Shown: positions 53,201 to 57,170 of the stretch, piece after piece
Numbering within the stretch: the stretch's first letter is position 1
Layout of the letters: every line of letters begins with the position of its first letter
Assembly: GCA_002269645.1 (NCBI GenBank)
Contig: NIVC01004165.1
Span: 1-57,170 of the forward strand
From: Macrostomum lignano
Lineage: Eukaryota
Direction of reading: 5' to 3'
DNA length: 57,170 nt
Notes under the pieces: generated by a model
What the model was told of the DNA's origin: nothing
The model's input: only the letters and a program-made list of their open reading frames with translations
Databases searched by the model: none
Translations under genes and position numbers: made by a program

Positions 53201-54683
53201 CAGGCTCGGGTCAGACAGCGTCCAGGCTCGGGTCTGACAGACTCGAGCCAGGCTAGGGTCTGACGGGGGCCTGAACTGGACAGTGGTTTCTTGATGAGGA
53301 CGTTGAAGGGTGGGTTAGGGGCGGGTCAGTAGCGAGACTTATTCTGGTTTCAGGACCGGTGGGTTCAAGGCAAGAGTCAAGCAAGTGAATAAAGGAAAAG
53401 TTAAGTGGGTCAGGGGTGAGGTTGGTGGGTCAGAGGTGAGGTTGATGGGTCAAGGGTGAGGTTGATAGGTCAAGGATGACGTTGGTGGGTCAGGGGTGAG
53501 ATTGATGGGTCAGGGGTGAGGTTGGTGGGTCAGGGGTGAAACAGGGAGAGAATCAAAGGATCCCGATCTAGGTTTGTGAGACGGGGTCAGAGTTAAGGTT
53601 TGGTTGGTCAGGGGTTCGAGTGAATAGGAGAGTGGTTGCGAACCTGAAAACCGTTTTTTGCAGCCTAGCAGAGTGAAAATCACTGGCACTCTGAGAGCCC
53701 TCGCGCACCGCACCTTCAGCGCGCACCACGCCAACCCAGATGCGATGGTTCTGGGCGTAGCTGCGCAGAGTCTGCCAGGCGAACTGGGTGCGCAGCACCG
53801 GCAGCGTGGCGTTGAACAGGGCGCAGAACTCGGCGGCCTGGCGCCAGGTGAGGAAGATCCGCGCGTGGAGCTGGAACAGGCAGTGGTGCTCGCTGCTGTA
53901 CTCCGTGACCGGCAGCTTCGGCACCGGACTTGGGTCACCGATGATGGCCGGAGCGAGGACGGCCGCGGAGATGCGACCTGAGTAGCCTGGAGTTGATGGG
54001 CGGAAGGTGAACTTATTGAGCTCTCAGGTCTCACAGAGAAATCTATTGATGCCACAAAAGCCTTTACATTCAGTCAGATTCTTTTAGCATCAGCAGCAAT
54101 TGCCAGGAGCATTGATAGGTAGATATTAATAGAATCAAGAACAGTATAATCCGAGGCAGGAGCAGCCAGTGCCAGAGGCAGCAACAGCCAGTGCCAGAGG
54201 CAGCAACAGCCAGTGCCAGAGGCAGCAACAGCCAGTGCCAGAGGCAGGAGCAGCCAGTGCCAAAGGCAGCAACAGCCAGTGCCAGAGGCAGCAACAGCCA
54301 GTGCCAGAGGCAGGAGCAGCCAGTGCCAGAGGCAGCAACAGCCAGTGCCAGAGGCAGGAGCAGCCAGTGCCAGAGGCAGCAACAGCCAGTGCCAGAGGCA
54401 GCAACAGCCAGTGCCAGAGGCAGCAACAGCCAGTGCCAGAAGCAGGAGCAGCCAGTGCCAGAGGCAGGAGCAGCCAGTGCCAGAGGCAGGAGCAGCCAGT
54501 GCCAGAGGCAGGAACAGCCAGTGCCAGAAGCAGGAGCAGCCAGTGCCAGAGGCAGCAACAGCCAGTGCCAGAAGCAGGAGCAGGTAACAGAGGCTCACAG
54601 AGTTTCTGAGGCAGCGCGCACTGCAGCGGACAGGCGAAGCACAGAAGCGCGAAGCCGAGCCTGCAAACCAAAGTCGACTTCAT
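50266..54683 (-). CDS. C-type lectin domain protein, probably type I transmembrane
   Basis: Signal exon 54683-54599 (MKSTLVCRLGFALLCFACPLQC). CTLD exons from 53977 (HCLFQ...LTWRQAAEFCALFNATL...IWVG) and from 52655 (WRW...WSRSEPSN...EAC...GNLADYAC...VC). Probable continuation via CAG|GTCTGC at 52359 to exons starting at 50907 and at 50360-50266, giving TM plus tail. Otherwise the protein ends at 52318. Confidence 0.75.
50935..52270. repeat. Two abutting ~20-nt minisatellites sharing the core GATCCCGAAT
   Basis: TCAGATCCCGAATCATAATC (with a 25-nt variant) to ~51975, then GATCCCGAATTGCCATCCCT. Confidence 0.95.
52665..54585. repeat. Minisatellites in lectin introns: 22-nt (52665-53250), 20-nt (53410-53540), 22-nt (54150-54585)
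   Basis: GGCTCGGGTCAGACAGAGGCCA, GGGTCAGGGGTGAGGTTGGT and GCCAGTGCCAGAGGCAGCAACA units. Confidence 0.93.
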
Positions 54684-55318
54684 CCCAACAGAGGAAGAAG
54701 TCTAAAAATGTGTCGAATTCGAGCTAAAACGACAAGGAAAACGTTAGTGCCTGTCGGAGAGGCGCATTAATACTATCGGGCCAGCGACCTGTGCAGCCGA
54801 GACACTTTGATTGGCGACTGCAGCAGCTCGGATTTCATGTCACTTTGACGGATGTCACTCAGTCTGGACTGGGATTTTCGATAAGCCGGCGAGAGCGCAG
54901 GAGAGTCTGCTGCGTATCCCATTGCAGTTCGACAGAAGCCTCCTGCCCCCCCCCCCCCGAGGTCAACTCACGCGAATAATTGACTTCGTGCACGATCAGT
55001 CTAAACTTTTTATAGGTCAGAAGCGATAAGATCAGCTGAACCTCTGAAATCAAATGGGTCTTGCAGTCTTTTTTTCGGAGCCTGTCAGCATGTTTCTGCT
55101 TTCCCAGTCAGCGCCCATCTGCGATTTATGGGCGCTGAAAATCGCGGACCAGATGCCACTCGGCTTTGATTGGCCACAGAAGCGCTCAGCAGAAATGTCC
55201 GAATCCGAAGATTTCCTGTCCGATTGAGCGGCTGAAATACCGTGGCAGCTGAGAACCTCGCTGCGCCCCGAGTCTGGCTTCGGTTTCTAATCCACAGAGC
55301 TTTATTCCCAGGGCTGGC

Positions 55319-55903
55319 ATGCCGTAAGTCTGACTGTTTCGATTATTCATCTAACAAATTCTTCGGATGCTTTTAATGCTTCTATTGTTTGACAAAAATT
55401 TCAGGAAAGGCGGAAGAAAACCAATCAAAGTGAGGTCCTACCTGCAGCAGTTCTATGAAGCCAGGGCTGCAAAGGAAGCTGGTGGCTCTGGTGCGTGCGA
55501 TGGGGTCAGCAGTGGGATCAAAGCCGAACGCCTGTGTCTGCTTCAAACTGCAAATTCGCCGCAGCAGTCAAAGTCGCCACAACCGTCTGCAGCGACATCT
55601 TCCGGCATCGGAAGCTGGCGCTGGGGCCCGTACTGCGAGTACTTCCCGATCGCCATTCTGTGCATCGGCGTCGGCCTCCTGATGCTTGGCTTCGGCTGTT
55701 TTGCTATCCAACAGCTGGGCTTGACTCCGCAGCTGCCTGTGCGCGGGCGCGTGCTGTCCGTAGGCCTCGTGGCCGCCGGCTGTCTCCTGGCCTGCGCGGG
55801 CACCGCGGCCAGCCTGATGGCACCGAGTCGGAAATCTTCGTCGGCCGCCGGAATGACCGGCACCGACGTCGAGACTGCTGGAAAGTCCGCCGACGAAGAT
55901 TGA
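55319..55903 (+). CDS. NRSN: Neurensin-like two-TM vesicle protein (167 aa)
   Basis: join(55319-55323 ATGCC|gtaagt, 55405-55903). VRSYLQQFYE matches the neurensin VRSYLHQFYE motif as I recall it, and is followed by two hydrophobic helices. Confidence 0.75.
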
Positions 55904-56268
55904 CAGGTGCCGAGCGGGCAGTTGCGCCATCACTGTGTAACCTAAGCAAGTTGATGATGGACATCTGAGGACGCGCAAACTCCCCAAAGTCTCTGGGATG
56001 ATCCGCTATTGAGCGTCCAAGTTGTCGTTGTGGCTTTTGCTTCCAAAAGCAGAATGGAGCCAAGATGCGAACGCAACAGTAAATATTTTAATCTTACAAA
56101 TATAACGCAAGTGCTCGCTTGATTGTTAAACTGAGCTAAACTGAATTGAACTCTTATCTGATTAGTCATGCTCAGCAGTGCTTTTGAATTGAACTCTTAT
56201 CTGATTAGTCATGCTCAGCAGTGCTCTTTAAATTGCCAGGACACAGGCGGCTTTACAGTCACCTAGCA

Positions 56269-57170
56269 CCGGGGTGTCGGAATCGGGGGGGGGGGGGGCT
56301 GGAGCCCCCACCTTTTAGCATGATAGCATGTTGGGGTTTTGAGCTTTTGCTTTTCTGAGTCTGGGAGCTAAGGCTACAAGCTGGAGCGAGGGGGCACCAC
56401 AGCTGAGGCAATGTACATGTACGAGCTAAGAATGTACAGTGGCCAGTGGGTAGGGGTATGCACATAACTTGTGAGCCCTTCCTCAAGCGACAAGCCTTCC
56501 TTCCTTTCTGTCTCTGCCCCCCATCACCGCTTGAATGTATAGGCCCCGTCACCCTCAATGGGGTATGTGGACATACAATATAGTTCATGTTGTTCTCAAT
56601 CCCATTCCACTACAGCTTTTATTTATTAATGTGCCTAAGCTTTTAGTGTTTGCCCTTTTACTTTGGCGTCTCCGATCGACATTCCAAGTCTGCCACAATC
56701 CCAAGACTCAAACCGCTGCTGGCGCTGCAACCAAAATCACTAAAATGCCATCAGCTAAAAGAATACTCGTGAAGAGACAGCGCCAAGAGGAACTGAAGGA
56801 GGCAGCCAAGAGATCCAGAAAACTAACTGATATGCTAAAAATTATATAAAGCCCTTGTGCTGTGCATTGTTTGCAGACGTCAATATATTCTATACCTGCC
56901 TGCCTTATCTCGTATGCACAGAGTGAAGAGCTTGCTGCTCAAGCCTCAATACTGGGATCAAGGCTGGCACTGACTAACTGGCAGGCAAGTTGAAGACAGC
57001 ACAGATCAGGTAAACAGTTTCTCCTCAGCACGAGAAGCCGCGCTGTACAGAAAGCATCGAGAAATTTTGCAATTACTGAGAATTTTTGGCCATCTTGTAT
57101 TCCCAAAAATATTTCCTGCATTTAAGGATTAGCAAGACGCCTGTCGGATTTTCCAACAGCTGGCGGTCGC
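56269..57170 (+). mobile_element. Probable degenerate hAT element, left end (runs off window)
   Basis: CCGGGGTGTCGGAATCGGGGG resembles hAT CAGGGGCGTCGG termini. MPSAKRILVKRQRQEELKEAAKRSRKLTDML (56745-) resembles a hAT transposase N-terminus. Downstream frames are broken. Confidence 0.35.

Overview
Eukaryotic animal DNA, not prokaryotic. GC-rich short exons, GT-AG introns each filled by its own minisatellite, and unpaired acceptors just upstream of start codons suggest a flatworm such as Macrostomum (inference only). Most long ORFs in the supplied track are artefacts of tandem repeats, so I rebuilt genes by hand from splice sites and phases. In order: the 3' end of a DEG/ENaC channel; a very divergent SLC15/POT transporter; a neuropeptide precursor with 5 copies of MSEFV-amide (EFLamide/TRH-like); an unknown multipass membrane protein; a secreted astacin protease; NUDT9; a FAM120-family gene; ZNHIT1; a C-type lectin that is probably a type I membrane protein; and a neurensin-like gene. 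Mobile DNA: a 1.9-kb foldback element, a Ginger1 derivative (TGT..ACA ends, CCGG TSD) with its DDE core deleted in frame, nested MITEs and a probable hAT end. Best leads: an array of 7-8 RFX X-boxes at about 48-nt spacing in an astacin intron; the neuropeptide gene; an operon-like ZNHIT1-FAM120 arrangement; a possible GA-AG intron; and CpG-depleted islands with asymmetric C>T decay. All coordinates were read by eye, and repeat boundaries are approximate.
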